64,000 nt of DNA, taken from positions 64,001-128,000 of the forward strand of contig CAVPCQ010000006.1 of NCBI GenBank assembly GCA_963702425.1. The letters are read 5' to 3'. Origin of the DNA: an uncultured Acidobacteriota bacterium (GTDB lineage: Bacteria > Acidobacteriota > Polarisedimenticolia > J045). Numbering within the stretch: the first letter of the stretch is position 1; each line of letters starts with the position of its first letter. The notes under the pieces are model-generated. The model did not search any database. It saw nothing but the letters and a program-made list of their open reading frames with translations, and was not told the origin of the DNA. The position numbers and the translations under genes were made by a program. Positions 1-10,167 of the stretch are shown piece after piece.

Positions 1-334
1 TCCCCCATGCATAGAAGTTCTCGATGTCGAACGACGGCACTCCAGTTGAAACTCCAGCGTATTCGGCACCGACAGCCCAGAAGTTCCCCGGAGGCCCTGA
101 CACCCGGCTCAAGCTAGCGGTCATGTAGAGGAGGCTCGCCTCCCTACAGGCGATCGAGATCCCCGGGTTCCTGCATCCGCCTTGGTCTCCGCAGTACTGG
201 TTACACTGCCCGCAGTTGTCAGTCCACCACTTCACGCCGTCTTTGATTGTATACCAGCAATCGCATACTTGAGCCCATCCAACGGTCGGCACTACGAACA
301 TGAGGAGCAACAGCGCCAAGCATGCTCTTCTCAT
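1..334 (-). CDS. Secreted Cys-rich hypothetical protein (runs off the left edge)
   Basis: Hand translation from ATG 334: MRRACLALLLLMFVVPTVGWA-QVCDCWYTIKDGVKWWTDNCGQCNQYCGDQGGC..., open to the window edge. Signal peptide; ATGA overlap with the upstream gene's stop. Not in the ORF track. Confidence 0.75.
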   Translation of the reverse strand, partial: MRRACLALLLLMFVVPTVGWAQVCDCWYTIKDGVKWWTDNCGQCNQYCGDQGGCRNPGISIACREASLLYMTASLSRVSGPPGNFWAVGAEYAGVSTGVPSFDIENFYAWG

Positions 335-924
335 CGTCTCGTTCCTCCGTTATTCGGTACGAATTGCTCGATTTCCTCAGCAGTCCACCCGTATCCTAAG
401 AACACGCCGTCGGAAGATGCGACAAGAGCAATGGGAAAGGTGATTATGCAGCCCAAGTATTTCGGCAGCGGTCGCTCGACAACAAAAGCATCGTCGGTCT
501 TGCGAAGGTAGTCACGAACCTTGCCGGGCTGCACGTCATACGACACCAGCAAGAGCCTACTCGGCACGGTTGCGGAAACAACGAGTGCTCTCACGCGATC
601 AACCCAGTCGAGCACGCCGGCATCGAATGACGGAATCAGAGCTACCACGGTTACCTGCCGGTAGTATTCGGACAACGGATGCGTCGCGCCTCGAATAGGC
701 GTGAGCCGGAGCGCAGGCAACGATTCCCCGATGTGTTCGCGAAGTCGCTCGCCGGTGAATCGCATCGCCGCTTTCACTCCTTGAGCTGCAGCGATCCGGG
801 CCACTTCTTTGGAACACTCGTTGTCATGGCGCGCGGCTCCAGAAGATGCGCATCCACCTGCAACCAGCACGACTAGCGAAGCTACCAGCGATCGCCGTAG
901 GCTATTCCCGAGGGCGGATCTCAT
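331..924 (-). CDS. Putative lipoprotein, possibly a thioredoxin-like fold without CxxC
   Basis: Hydrophobic leader with lipobox-like AGGC; C-terminus resembles the redoxin pattern (LLLVSYD...FPIALVASSDG); ATGA-coupled at both ends. Confidence 0.6.
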   Translation of the reverse strand: MRSALGNSLRRSLVASLVVLVAGGCASSGAARHDNECSKEVARIAAAQGVKAAMRFTGERLREHIGESLPALRLTPIRGATHPLSEYYRQVTVVALIPSFDAGVLDWVDRVRALVVSATVPSRLLLVSYDVQPGKVRDYLRKTDDAFVVERPLPKYLGCIITFPIALVASSDGVFLGYGWTAEEIEQFVPNNGGTRR

Positions 925-1166
925 CTCCAGCTCGGAAAATGAAGGAGAGTCGGGACGGAGCCGGCAGGAACTTCTCGCCGCGTCTCAGCCACACGGCCAG
1001 AATCCCAGTTTACGCCAAGAGGGTGCTCGTTACCCCTGGGAGGAGCCGTCTGAGAAGGAGGCTGCGGCGCGAATGCGGGTGCGCCATCGACCGAGGTCGA
1101 GATTGCCAACAACACGCCCGTCATGTAGCAGCAGGAAGAACCCTGCTTCTCGCGCTTCGTGATCAT
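921..1166 (-). CDS. Small hypothetical protein (81 aa)
   Basis: GAGGAGG RBS before ATG 1166; stop overlaps the next start (ATGA); no recognisable family. Confidence 0.35.
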   Translation of the reverse strand: MITKREKQGSSCCYMTGVLLAISTSVDGAPAFAPQPPSQTAPPRGNEHPLGVNWDSGRVAETRREVPAGSVPTLLHFPSWR

Positions 1167-2075
1167 CGTCCCTCCTCGTGTTCGGCAGACCGAGCGTCTG
1201 GGCCAGCGTGACGATGGTCGAAGCTCGACCCGCTCGGGGGTGCACGGCCGCAAGGTTGTACGGCGCAGTGCACACCGGCTCGTCCTCCGGATGGACGGAC
1301 TCCGTGGCGTTGGCAACTTCGGGTCGGGAGGAACGAGCGACGGATCTTGGAGACGAGGCAGCGCCGGCGAGGCCGAGGAGAATCGTCCCTCGAAGGCTTG
1401 CATGCTCCCGCCCGGCGCACCGATCCACGCCTCCTCCTTGGAGCGGTCGACTCTGGCCACGGGAACCGGCGCGAGTGACGTCCTTGTCGAGAGCACCCAG
1501 ACCGTTCAGCCGGAGCCAGCGAACCGGCCCAATTGGCGCGAGTCCTCAGTTTCACTGGCACAGTAGATACAGCTCGACAAGCGAAGTCAACACACTCTCG
1601 CTCGCGATCGGCGGGAATCATACGTTGTGACGCTTACTGCACCGGGTCGGTCGGACAGCCGGCGTGAGAAGCCGGCGCGGATCTGTCCCACCCACCGACG
1701 ACGGTCTCCCCGCCGACGACCTCGTACCCAAGGCGCTCTCCCGCGCCACGGGGGCTTTCCGGGGACGTCTCCCGCTGCGGCGCCGGCGCAGGAGCGCTCT
1801 CCCGTGCCACGGGAGGTTCTCCGAGATGCCGGAAGGGGCTTCATCCGGCGCGCGGCCTCCCAAAGCCGCCAGAAAGGAGCGACGCGACCGTCACGACGAA
1901 TGGGTCTGGTATCGCGCTGATGATCCCGCGGGGCTGAACGAGCCTGGCGGACGGCGAGTTCTTTGCGACGGTCTCGGCCGGGCGGTCGTGGTTTCGGTTC
2001 GACGACCTGCTGCGGCCGGGGGGGCTGATCGAGGACGTTCGGGCTTTGGCGCGCGCGGGTGACGTGCGGGCCCGG

Positions 2076-2606
2076 TCAGTCCAGCGGCTTCGCCTCGATC
2101 GTCAGGCTCGTCACCACCCCCTTCGTGTCCGAGAAGCGCGCCACCGTCAGCGGCTTGCCGGGGACGAGCAGCACGTTCAGGTCCTGGCGGAAGGTCGTGA
2201 CGATCGGCTGCTCGGGGGCGCCCGGGGCAGGACCGCGCAGCGAGGAGTCCTCGCAGGAGCCTTCGACCGCGATCCGTCCGTCCTTCAGTCGGTCGCACCT
2301 CAGATCCGCCATGAACCCGACGTTCTGGTAGCTGAAGCTGGTGACCGGAACGTGGACCCCTTCTCGGACGCCGCATTGAAGGTCGTCGCCGGGATCGGGA
2401 AGCGGGTTCCGACCGTGAGCGTGGTCCGCTTCGCCGGAGCGACAGACCATCGAGAAAGTCCTGGCCTGCTCGGGCTTGCCGTCGCGCTCGGCGCCGACGC
2501 TGATCGTGAGCTGGATGTTCTCGGGGGCGGGAGAGGATTGCGCGAGGGCGAGGGGGGCGCAGAGTGCGGCGAAGAGCAGGGCGAGCACGGTCGCGCGGGT
2601 CGGCAT
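2076..2606 (-). CDS. Secreted protein with secretin C-terminal-like motifs
   Basis: Signal peptide MPTRATVLALLFAALCAPLALA; FSYQNVG motif; an alternative frame at about 2350-2430 reads TLTVGTRFPIP, suggesting two compensating indels. Confidence 0.6.
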   Translation of the reverse strand: MPTRATVLALLFAALCAPLALAQSSPAPENIQLTISVGAERDGKPEQARTFSMVCRSGEADHAHGRNPLPDPGDDLQCGVREGVHVPVTSFSYQNVGFMADLRCDRLKDGRIAVEGSCEDSSLRGPAPGAPEQPIVTTFRQDLNVLLVPGKPLTVARFSDTKGVVTSLTIEAKPLD

Positions 2607-2685
2607 CGTCGAGATCCTCCAGCGCGCGTCCGGCGCGCTCGATGAGTCTACGGACCGGCGCCGCGCCGCGTCTAGCTCGAGCGGC

Positions 2686-3609
2686 TCAGGCGCGCCGTGC
2701 CGTCGCCGCGAGCCAGGCCGCGCCGCGCACCCCGCTGGCATCGCCGTGGATCGGCGGCAGCAGGCGCGTGTCGACGCGGTCGGAGAAGACCCACTGCGAC
2801 CAGAGCGCGGGCACCCGCTCGGTGAGCTGCGGCAGCCGCGACAGCCCGCCGCCGAGCACGATCGCATCGGGATCGAGCAGGTTGACGACGTGCGCCAGCG
2901 CGCGCGCGAGGCGCTCGGCGTGGCGCTCGAGCGCGAGCGCGCACACCGCATCGCCGGCCGCGGCGCGGGTTGCGATCTCGGCGGCGGAGAGCGCAGCGCC
3001 GTCCGCGCTCCCGGTCGCCCGCGCGTGATCGCGCGCGAGCCCGGGTCCGGACAGGAAGGTCTCGATGCAGCCCGCGCGCCCGCACCAGCAGGGCGGGTGG
3101 GGCCGCTCGTCCTCCCGCGGCCAGGGGAGCGGATTGTGGCCCCACTCGCCCGCGATCGCGTTCGGGCCGGCGAGCAGCCGCCCGTCGACGACGATCCCGC
3201 CGCCGACGCCGGTCCCGAGGATCACGCCGAAGACGACACGCGCCCCCGCACCCGCACCGTCGGTCGCTTCCGACAGCGCGAAGCAGTCGGCGTCGTTGGC
3301 GAGCGCCACCGGCCGGCCGAGCGCGCGCTCGACGTCGCGCCGGAAAGGGCGTCCGTTGAGCCAGGTCGAGTTGGCGTTCTTCACCAGCCCGGTTGCGGGT
3401 GAGATCGCCCCCGGCATCCCAATCCCGACGCGGCAGCGCGCCATCACCGCGTGCTCGAAGCCGTGGACCAGCTCGGCGATCGAGGCCAGCGTCGCCTCGT
3501 AGTCGCCCCGCGGCGTCGGCACGCGGCGCCGCGCCAGCTCGGTCCCGTCGGGGGCGAGCGCGATCCCCTCGATCTTCGTGCCTCCGAGATCGATCCCGAC
3601 CCGGTTCAT
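2686..3609 (-). CDS. ROK family sugar kinase (Mak/fructokinase-like)
   Basis: GIDLGGTK, NDADC, GTGVGGG, GEWGH and CWCG...CIE motifs. Confidence 0.92.
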   Translation of the reverse strand: MNRVGIDLGGTKIEGIALAPDGTELARRRVPTPRGDYEATLASIAELVHGFEHAVMARCRVGIGMPGAISPATGLVKNANSTWLNGRPFRRDVERALGRPVALANDADCFALSEATDGAGAGARVVFGVILGTGVGGGIVVDGRLLAGPNAIAGEWGHNPLPWPREDERPHPPCWCGRAGCIETFLSGPGLARDHARATGSADGAALSAAEIATRAAAGDAVCALALERHAERLARALAHVVNLLDPDAIVLGGGLSRLPQLTERVPALWSQWVFSDRVDTRLLPPIHGDASGVRGAAWLAATARRA

Positions 3610-4280
3610 GCGACGAGCCCTTCCCGCGCCGCTGCCGCCCGGGCGGCGGACGCGAACGCGCGGACGCGGTCGAGACTCTTGCGTCCCGCGGCGTCCTCCA
3701 CCCCGGTGTGGGCGTCGACCCCGGCCGGTCGCACTGCGGCGACCGCCGCGGCCACGTTGCCGGGGGTCAGCCCTCCGGCGAGGATCAGCGGGCGCGGCGA
3801 GCGCGCGGCGAGCCGGGCGCTCACGCCCCAGTCGTGCGTCCGGCCGGTCGCGCCGCGGGCGCCACTGGCGGGATCGAAGGTGTCGGTGACGAACGCGTCG
3901 ACGAGCGGGGCGAGGCGCGCGACGCGCTCGGCGAGCATCGCTTCCGGCGCCGCGCCGATCACGAGGCTCTTCCAGAGCGCGAGTTCCGGCGCGAGCCGCC
4001 GCAGCTCGACGATCTCGTCCCTCGCCGGCTCGCCGTGGAGCTGGACGGTGCGGGCCCCGATCGCGTGCGCCAGCGCGGCGATCTCGTCGGCGCGCTCGAG
4101 GTAGGTGATCAGCACCGCTTCGACCGCGGGAGGGAGCGCGGCCGCGAGTTCCGCCGCCGCGCGCTCGTTGCAGTCCTCGGCGTGGACCGGCAGCCGCAGC
4201 GGGAAGCCGACGTGTGTCGCGCCGCCTTCGACCGCGGCGCGGAGATCGGCCGCGTCAGCGATCCCGGCGACCTGGATCAC
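3606..4280 (-). CDS. Phosphoribosylanthranilate isomerase (TrpF)-like protein
   Basis: VQLHG, GATGRTHDW, LAGGLTPGNV, GVDAHTGVE; start may be GTG 4280 or GTG 4304. Confidence 0.8.
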   Translation of the reverse strand: MIQVAGIADAADLRAAVEGGATHVGFPLRLPVHAEDCNERAAAELAAALPPAVEAVLITYLERADEIAALAHAIGARTVQLHGEPARDEIVELRRLAPELALWKSLVIGAAPEAMLAERVARLAPLVDAFVTDTFDPASGARGATGRTHDWGVSARLAARSPRPLILAGGLTPGNVAAAVAAVRPAGVDAHTGVEDAAGRKSLDRVRAFASAARAAAAREGLVA

Positions 4281-4305
4281 GAAGCACCCGCCGGGCAGTG
4301 GCACG

Positions 4306-5022
4306 TCAGCGGCCCGGTGCCGCCGCGTCGGCGGACGCGGGCGGCTGGGAGGTGACGAGCGGCGCCAGGTGAGGCACGACGTTCCGCGCCACGATCCGCT
4401 GCCCCTCGGCGGTCGGGTGGATCCCGTCGGCCTGGTTGAGCTCGGGATGTCCGGCGACCCCCTCCAGCAGGAACGGCACCAGCGGCAGCTCGAGCTGCCG
4501 GGCCAGCCGCGGGTAGATCGCGGCGAAACCGCTGGCGTATGCGCCGCCGTAGTTGGGCGGCATCAGCATCCCGGCCAGCAGCACCCGGGCCCCGGCGGCG
4601 CGCGCCTTGGCGACGATCGCGGCCAGGTTGGCTTCGATCGCCTCGAGCGGCTGCCCGCGCAGCCCGTCGTTGGCGCCGAGCGCGACCACCACGACCTGCG
4701 GCCGGTTCTTCAGGGCCCAGTCGAGGCGCCGCAGGCCGCCCGCCGTGGTGTCGCCCGAGACGCCGGCATTGACCGCGCGGATCGGCGTGCCGCGCTCGGC
4801 GAGGGCGGCGGCAACGAGCGCCGGGAAGGCCTCGTCCGCGGCCAGGCCGTAGCCGGCGGTCAGGCTGTCGCCGAGAAAGACGACGACCGGCGGCGATCCG
4901 GCGGCCGCGGCGGGAGCGGGAGAAGGCGGCGCCTGGGCGGTCGCGAATCGGGGCGCGAGGCCCGGCGCGAGGGCGGCCGCGCCGGCCAGGCTGGCGACGA
5001 TCGCGAAGCGGCGATACAACAT
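4306..5022 (-). CDS. tesA: SGNH arylesterase / acyl-CoA thioesterase I
   Basis: GDSL, NAGVSG, GAND, DGIHP; signal peptide; divergent from ybbA as in E. coli. Confidence 0.9.
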   Translation of the reverse strand: MLYRRFAIVASLAGAAALAPGLAPRFATAQAPPSPAPAAAAGSPPVVVFLGDSLTAGYGLAADEAFPALVAAALAERGTPIRAVNAGVSGDTTAGGLRRLDWALKNRPQVVVVALGANDGLRGQPLEAIEANLAAIVAKARAAGARVLLAGMLMPPNYGGAYASGFAAIYPRLARQLELPLVPFLLEGVAGHPELNQADGIHPTAEGQRIVARNVVPHLAPLVTSQPPASADAAAPGR

Positions 5023-5046
5023 CCAGCCCTCCCGGAACCCGTGACG

Positions 5047-5742
5047 ATGAACCCCGTGCCGCGCCTCGAACTCCGCCGCCTGACGCGCCGCCTGCCGTCG
5101 GGCGGGCGCGAGCTGACGATTCTAGACAGCGTCGACCTGTCCATCGACCCCGGCGAGTGCGTCGCGATCCTCGGGCCGTCCGGGAGCGGCAAGTCGACGA
5201 TGCTGGCCCTGATGGCGGGGCTCGACCGGCCCTCCGCCGGCGAGGTCCTGATCGACGGCGCGCCGATCCAGGATCTCTCCGAGGACGCCCTCGCGCTGCT
5301 GCGCCGCCGGACGATCGGCTTCGTCTTCCAGTCCTACCAGCTGCTCGCCAACCTGACCGCGCTCGAGAACGTGATGCTCCCGGTGGAACTCGCCGGCGCC
5401 TCCGACGCCCCCGCGCGGGCCGGCGCCCTGCTGGCCGAGGTCGGGCTCGCCGAGCGGGGGCACCACTATCCCTCGCAGCTCTCGGGCGGGGAACAGCAGC
5501 GGGTCGCGCTGGCCCGCGCCTTCGCCGCCGCGCCGCCGCTGCTGCTCGCCGACGAGCCGACGGGAAACCTCGACAGCGCGACCGGGGCCCGCGTGCTCGA
5601 CACGCTGATGGCGCTGCGTGCGCAGCACGGCACGACGCTGGTGATGGTCACGCACGACCCCGCGATCGCCGCCCGCGCCGACCGGCAGGTTCATCTGCGC
5701 GACGGCCGGATCGAGCGCATCACGGCGGGCGGCGCGGCGTGA
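5047..5742 (+). CDS. ybbA: ABC transporter ATP-binding protein (YbbA-like)
   Basis: [29 protein letters not shown]. Confidence 0.9.
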   Translation: MNPVPRLELRRLTRRLPSGGRELTILDSVDLSIDPGECVAILGPSGSGKSTMLALMAGLDRPSAGEVLIDGAPIQDLSEDALALLRRRTIGFVFQSYQLLANLTALENVMLPVELAGASDAPARAGALLAEVGLAERGHHYPSQLSGGEQQRVALARAFAAAPPLLLADEPTGNLDSATGARVLDTLMALRAQHGTTLVMVTHDPAIAARADRQVHLRDGRIERITAGGAA

Positions 5743-8292
5743 GGCTGCGCGCGTTCGGCGCCTACGCCCGGCGCGAGGCGCGCGGCGCCCTGGGGACGGA
5801 TGGTCTTCTTCGCCGCCTGCCTGTCGGTCGGCGTGGCGGCGATCGTCGCGGTCGCGGGGCTCTCGCGTGGCCTCGCCGACGGGATCCGGGGCGAGGCCCG
5901 CGCGCTGCTCGCGGCGGACCTCGTCGTCTCGGGAAGCCGCCCGATCCCGCCCGAGCTCGATGCGCTGCTCGCCGGTACGCCGGGGGTGCGGCGCGCCGAC
6001 GTCCGCGAGCTGGCGACGATGGTGGCGGCGCCAGGGGTCGACGGCGTCCCCGGCCGCAGCCTGCTGGTGCAGCTCAAGGCGGTCGACGGCGAGTACCCGT
6101 TCTACGGCCGGCTCGAGCTGGATCCGCCGCGGCCGCTCGGCGAGCTGCTCGCCGCCGACGCCGCCGTGATCGGCCCCGAACTCGCCAGCCGGCTCGGGCT
6201 CTCCGTCGGCGACCCGCTGCTGCTCGGCGGGGAGCGGTTCCGCGTCGCCGGGATCGTCCGCTCGGAGCCCGATCGCGTCGTGGCCGGCTTCTCGATCGGG
6301 CCGCGCGTGTTCCTGAACGGCGCCGGATTGACCCGCGCGGGCCTCGACACGCGCGGCAGCCGCGTCGAGCACAAGGCGCTGCTGGCGCTGTCCGGCGACC
6401 CGCCCGAGGCAGTCGACGCGCTCGCAGCGCGAATCCGGTCCGGGCTCCCGGGCGCGACCTGGTACGACGTCGACACCTACCGCGAGGGGCAGCCGGCGCT
6501 GCGCGAGGGGCTGAAGCGCGCGGAGCGTTTCCTCGGGCTGGTCGCGCTGCTGTCGCTGCTGGTCGGAGGGATCGGCGTGGCGCAGGCGGCCCGGGCCTGG
6601 ATCGCCGGACGGCTGGACGCGATCGCGGTGCTGCGCGCGCTCGGCGTGCGGCCGCGCGAGGTCTTCTCGATCTACCTCGCGGAGGCGGCGCTGCTCGGGC
6701 TCGCCGGGAGCCTGGCCGGGGCCCTGCTCGGGCTGGGCTTTTCGGCGCTCGCGCCGGTCCTGCTGCGGGACCTGCTGCCGGCGGTGCCGGTGCGCTTCTT
6801 CAGCCCGCTTGCGATGCTGCGCGGCGTGGCGCTCGGGACGATCGTCGCGGCGGCCTTCAGCGTGCCGTCCCTGGCTGCCGTCTGGCGCGTGCCGCCGGTC
6901 CGCGTGCTGCGCCGCGATGCCGAGCCGCTGCGCACGCCGTGGCCGGTCCGGCTGGCGCTGGGAGCGATCGTGCTCGGCGGCGTCCTCGCGGCCGCCTGGG
7001 CGCAGGCCGGCTCGCTGCGCACCGCGGCGGCCTTCACGGCCGGGATCGCGGCGACGGTCGCTGCCCTCGCGGCCGGCGCGTGGGCCGTCGCGCGCCTCGT
7101 CGGACGCGGGCCGCGCGGAGCGGCGCCGGTCTGGGTGCGCCACGGCCTGGCGGCGCTGGCCCGGCCGGGCGCGGCGACGCTGGGGGCGATCGTCGCGCTC
7201 GGCCTCGGCGTGACGGTCGTGCTGGCGATGCAGATCGTGCAGTCGCGGCTGGCGGGGCAACTCGGCGCGGACGTCCCGACCTCGGCCCCGACCGCCTTCA
7301 TCGTCGACATCCAGCCCGACCAATGGGGCGCGCTCCGGGCGCAGCTCGAGAGCGAGGGGGCGGAGGGGATCGAGAGCGCGCCGGTCGTCGTCGGGCGCCT
7401 CGCGGCGATCGACGGCAAGCCGCTCGCGGAGATCGCCGATCCGAAGACGAAGCCGAGCGACTGGGAGGACGGCCGGCGCCGCTGGGCGCTGACCCGCGAG
7501 CAGCGCATCACCTACCGTGCCGCGCTGCCCGAGGGGAACGAGCTCGTCGCCGGCACGCTCTGGTCCGATCCGGACCACCCGGAGCTGTCGGTGGAGGAGG
7601 AGTTCGCGCGCCAGCTCGGCGTCGTCGTCGGGTCCTCGCTCACGCTCGACGTGCAGGGGGTCGCGCTCGAGTTCCGGGTGACGAGCATCCGCCGCGTCGA
7701 GTGGAAGACCTTCGGCATCAATTTCTTCCTGCTGGCCGAGCCGGGCTCGCTCGACGACGCGCCGCAGTTCCGGCTGGCGACGCTGCGCCTGCCGGCGGAT
7801 CGCGAGCTGGCGGTGCAGGACCGGCTCGCCGCGGCCTTTCCCAACGTCACGCTGATCAACGTGCGGCAGATCCTGGACCGGGTCTCCGCCGTGATCGCGC
7901 GGATCGGCCAGGCCGTCCGGTTCCTCGGGCTGTTCACCGTCGTGGCCGGGGTGCTCATTCTGGCCGGGGCGGTCGGCGCCACGGCGGCCCGGCGCGCGCA
8001 GGAGGTGGCCGTGCTGAAGACGCTCGGCATGACCCGCGCCGGCGTCGCGGCGGTCTTCTCGCTGGAGTACGCGCTGGTCGGGCTGGTCGCCGGGACGATC
8101 GGCGCGGTCGGCGCCGCGGCGCTGGCGTGGGCGGTGCTGACCCGCGGGATGGAGATCGCCTGGCGCTGGCCGTGGGGCACGCTCGCCGCGGGAGTGGTCC
8201 TCGCCGTGCTCCTCTCCGTCGTCGCCGGGCTGAGCGCCAGCCGCGGGGCGCTGGCCCGGCGGCCGATCGAGGTCCTGCGCGCGGAGCTGTGA
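5739..8292 (+). CDS. ybbP: FtsX-like ABC permease (YbbP-like), frameshift near 5790-5800
   Basis: GTG 5739 overlapping the ybbA stop gives MRLRAFGAYARREARGA; the main frame resumes at 5800; two FtsX permease modules. Confidence 0.85.
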
Positions 8293-8298
8293 GCCGGC

Positions 8299-9693
8299 TC
8301 AGGTCTCGATGTCGTCCAACCGGTTCTCGAAGCGCGTGAACTGCTTGACGAAGAAGAGCGGGACGTAGCCGGTCGGGCCGTTGCGCTGCTTGGCGACGAT
8401 GATCTCCGCCATCCCCTCCAGCCCCTTCTCGACGACCTTCGCGTCGTCCTTCTCGTAGACCTCCGGCCGGTAGATGAAGACCACCACGTCGGCGTCCTGC
8501 TCGATCGCGCCCGACTCGCGCAGGTCCGAGAGCTGCGGCTTGTGATCCCCCTGGCGCTGATCGGGCGCGCGCGAGAGCTGGGAGAGCGCGATCACGGGGA
8601 CGTTCAGTTCCTTGGCCAGTCCCTTCATCGCGCCGCTGATCTCGGAGATCTCCTGTTGCCGGCTTTCCACCCGCCGCTCCGAGCGCATCAACTGCAGGTA
8701 GTCGACGACGACCAGGTCGAGGCCGTGCTCGGCCTTCAGGCGCCGGGCCTTGGCCCGGATCTCCATCGGCGTCACCGCCGAGGAGTCGTCGATGTAGAGC
8801 CGGGTGCGATCGTAGGTCTCGAACGCGGCGACGAGCCGGTCCCACTCCTCGCGGTTGAGCCGCCCGGTGCGCAGCTTGTAGAGGTCGATCCGGCCCTCGC
8901 CGCAGAGCAGGCGGTAGAACAGCTGCTTGGCCGCCATCTCCAGCGAGAAGATCGCGACCGACGCGCGCTCGTGGACCGCCGCGTGCTGCGCCATGTTGAG
9001 CGCGAGCGTCGTCTTGCCCATCGACGGCCGCGCGGCGAGGATGATCAGGTCGCCGCCCTGCAGCCCGGCCGTCATCTGGTCGAACTTGGTGTAGCCGGTG
9101 GCGAGGCCGGTGATCGCCTCGCGCTTCTCCGCCATCTCCTCGATCGAGCGCAGCGCCTCGTGCGCGATGCTCTGGACCGGCACCAGCCCGCCGCGCCGGC
9201 CGGTCTCCTGCAGCCGGAAGAAGCGCTGCATCGCCTCGTCGAGGATCTCGACCGCCGGGCGGCCGGCGGCTGCCGACTCGGCCCGCAGCGAGTCGGCCAG
9301 GAAGAGCGTCTGGCGCAGCAGCGACCGGTCGTGAACGATCCGGGCGTAGACCGCGGCGTTCGTGGCCCGCGGCAGGCCGTCGATCAGCGAGGCGACGTAG
9401 GCCGAGCCCCCGGCCCGCTCCAGCGTCGACTGGCGGTCCATCTCGGCACAGACGGTGACGGCGTCGATCGCCTCGGCCCGGCGGGACAGCGCGACCATCG
9501 CCTCGAAGACGCGGCGGTGGGATTCCCGGTGGAAGTCCTCCGGATTGAGGATCTCGAGGGCCGGATCCAGCGCGGCCGGCTCGAGCAGCACGGCTCCGAG
9601 CACGGCCCTTTCGGCCTGCTCGTCCCACGGGAGTCGAAGGTCCCCGCGTTCGGCGGCGGGGCCGCCGGAGGGTGTCGGTGACGGAGCGCTCAT
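8299..9693 (-). CDS. dnaB: Replicative DNA helicase
   Basis: EQAERAVLG, AARPSMGKT, FSLEM, DYLQLM, SQLSR, LRESGAIEQDAD, KQRNGPTG. Confidence 0.97.
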   Translation of the reverse strand: MSAPSPTPSGGPAAERGDLRLPWDEQAERAVLGAVLLEPAALDPALEILNPEDFHRESHRRVFEAMVALSRRAEAIDAVTVCAEMDRQSTLERAGGSAYVASLIDGLPRATNAAVYARIVHDRSLLRQTLFLADSLRAESAAAGRPAVEILDEAMQRFFRLQETGRRGGLVPVQSIAHEALRSIEEMAEKREAITGLATGYTKFDQMTAGLQGGDLIILAARPSMGKTTLALNMAQHAAVHERASVAIFSLEMAAKQLFYRLLCGEGRIDLYKLRTGRLNREEWDRLVAAFETYDRTRLYIDDSSAVTPMEIRAKARRLKAEHGLDLVVVDYLQLMRSERRVESRQQEISEISGAMKGLAKELNVPVIALSQLSRAPDQRQGDHKPQLSDLRESGAIEQDADVVVFIYRPEVYEKDDAKVVEKGLEGMAEIIVAKQRNGPTGYVPLFFVKQFTRFENRLDDIET

Positions 9694-9750
9694 GATCAAA
9701 CCGTGACGCCGCCGGGAGAGAATCGGCGGACGGCATAGAATACCCCTGTC

Positions 9751-10123
<373 letters not shown>

Positions 10124-10167
10124 GACACCTTTCGCCGGCCGGGATCTCGGGGAGAACCGCGATCGCC

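Noticed and set aside
1794-1813. sigma54 promoter on the minus strand (TGGCACGGGAGAGCGC)
   Set aside because: No TTGC, and the GC is misplaced relative to the -24 GG
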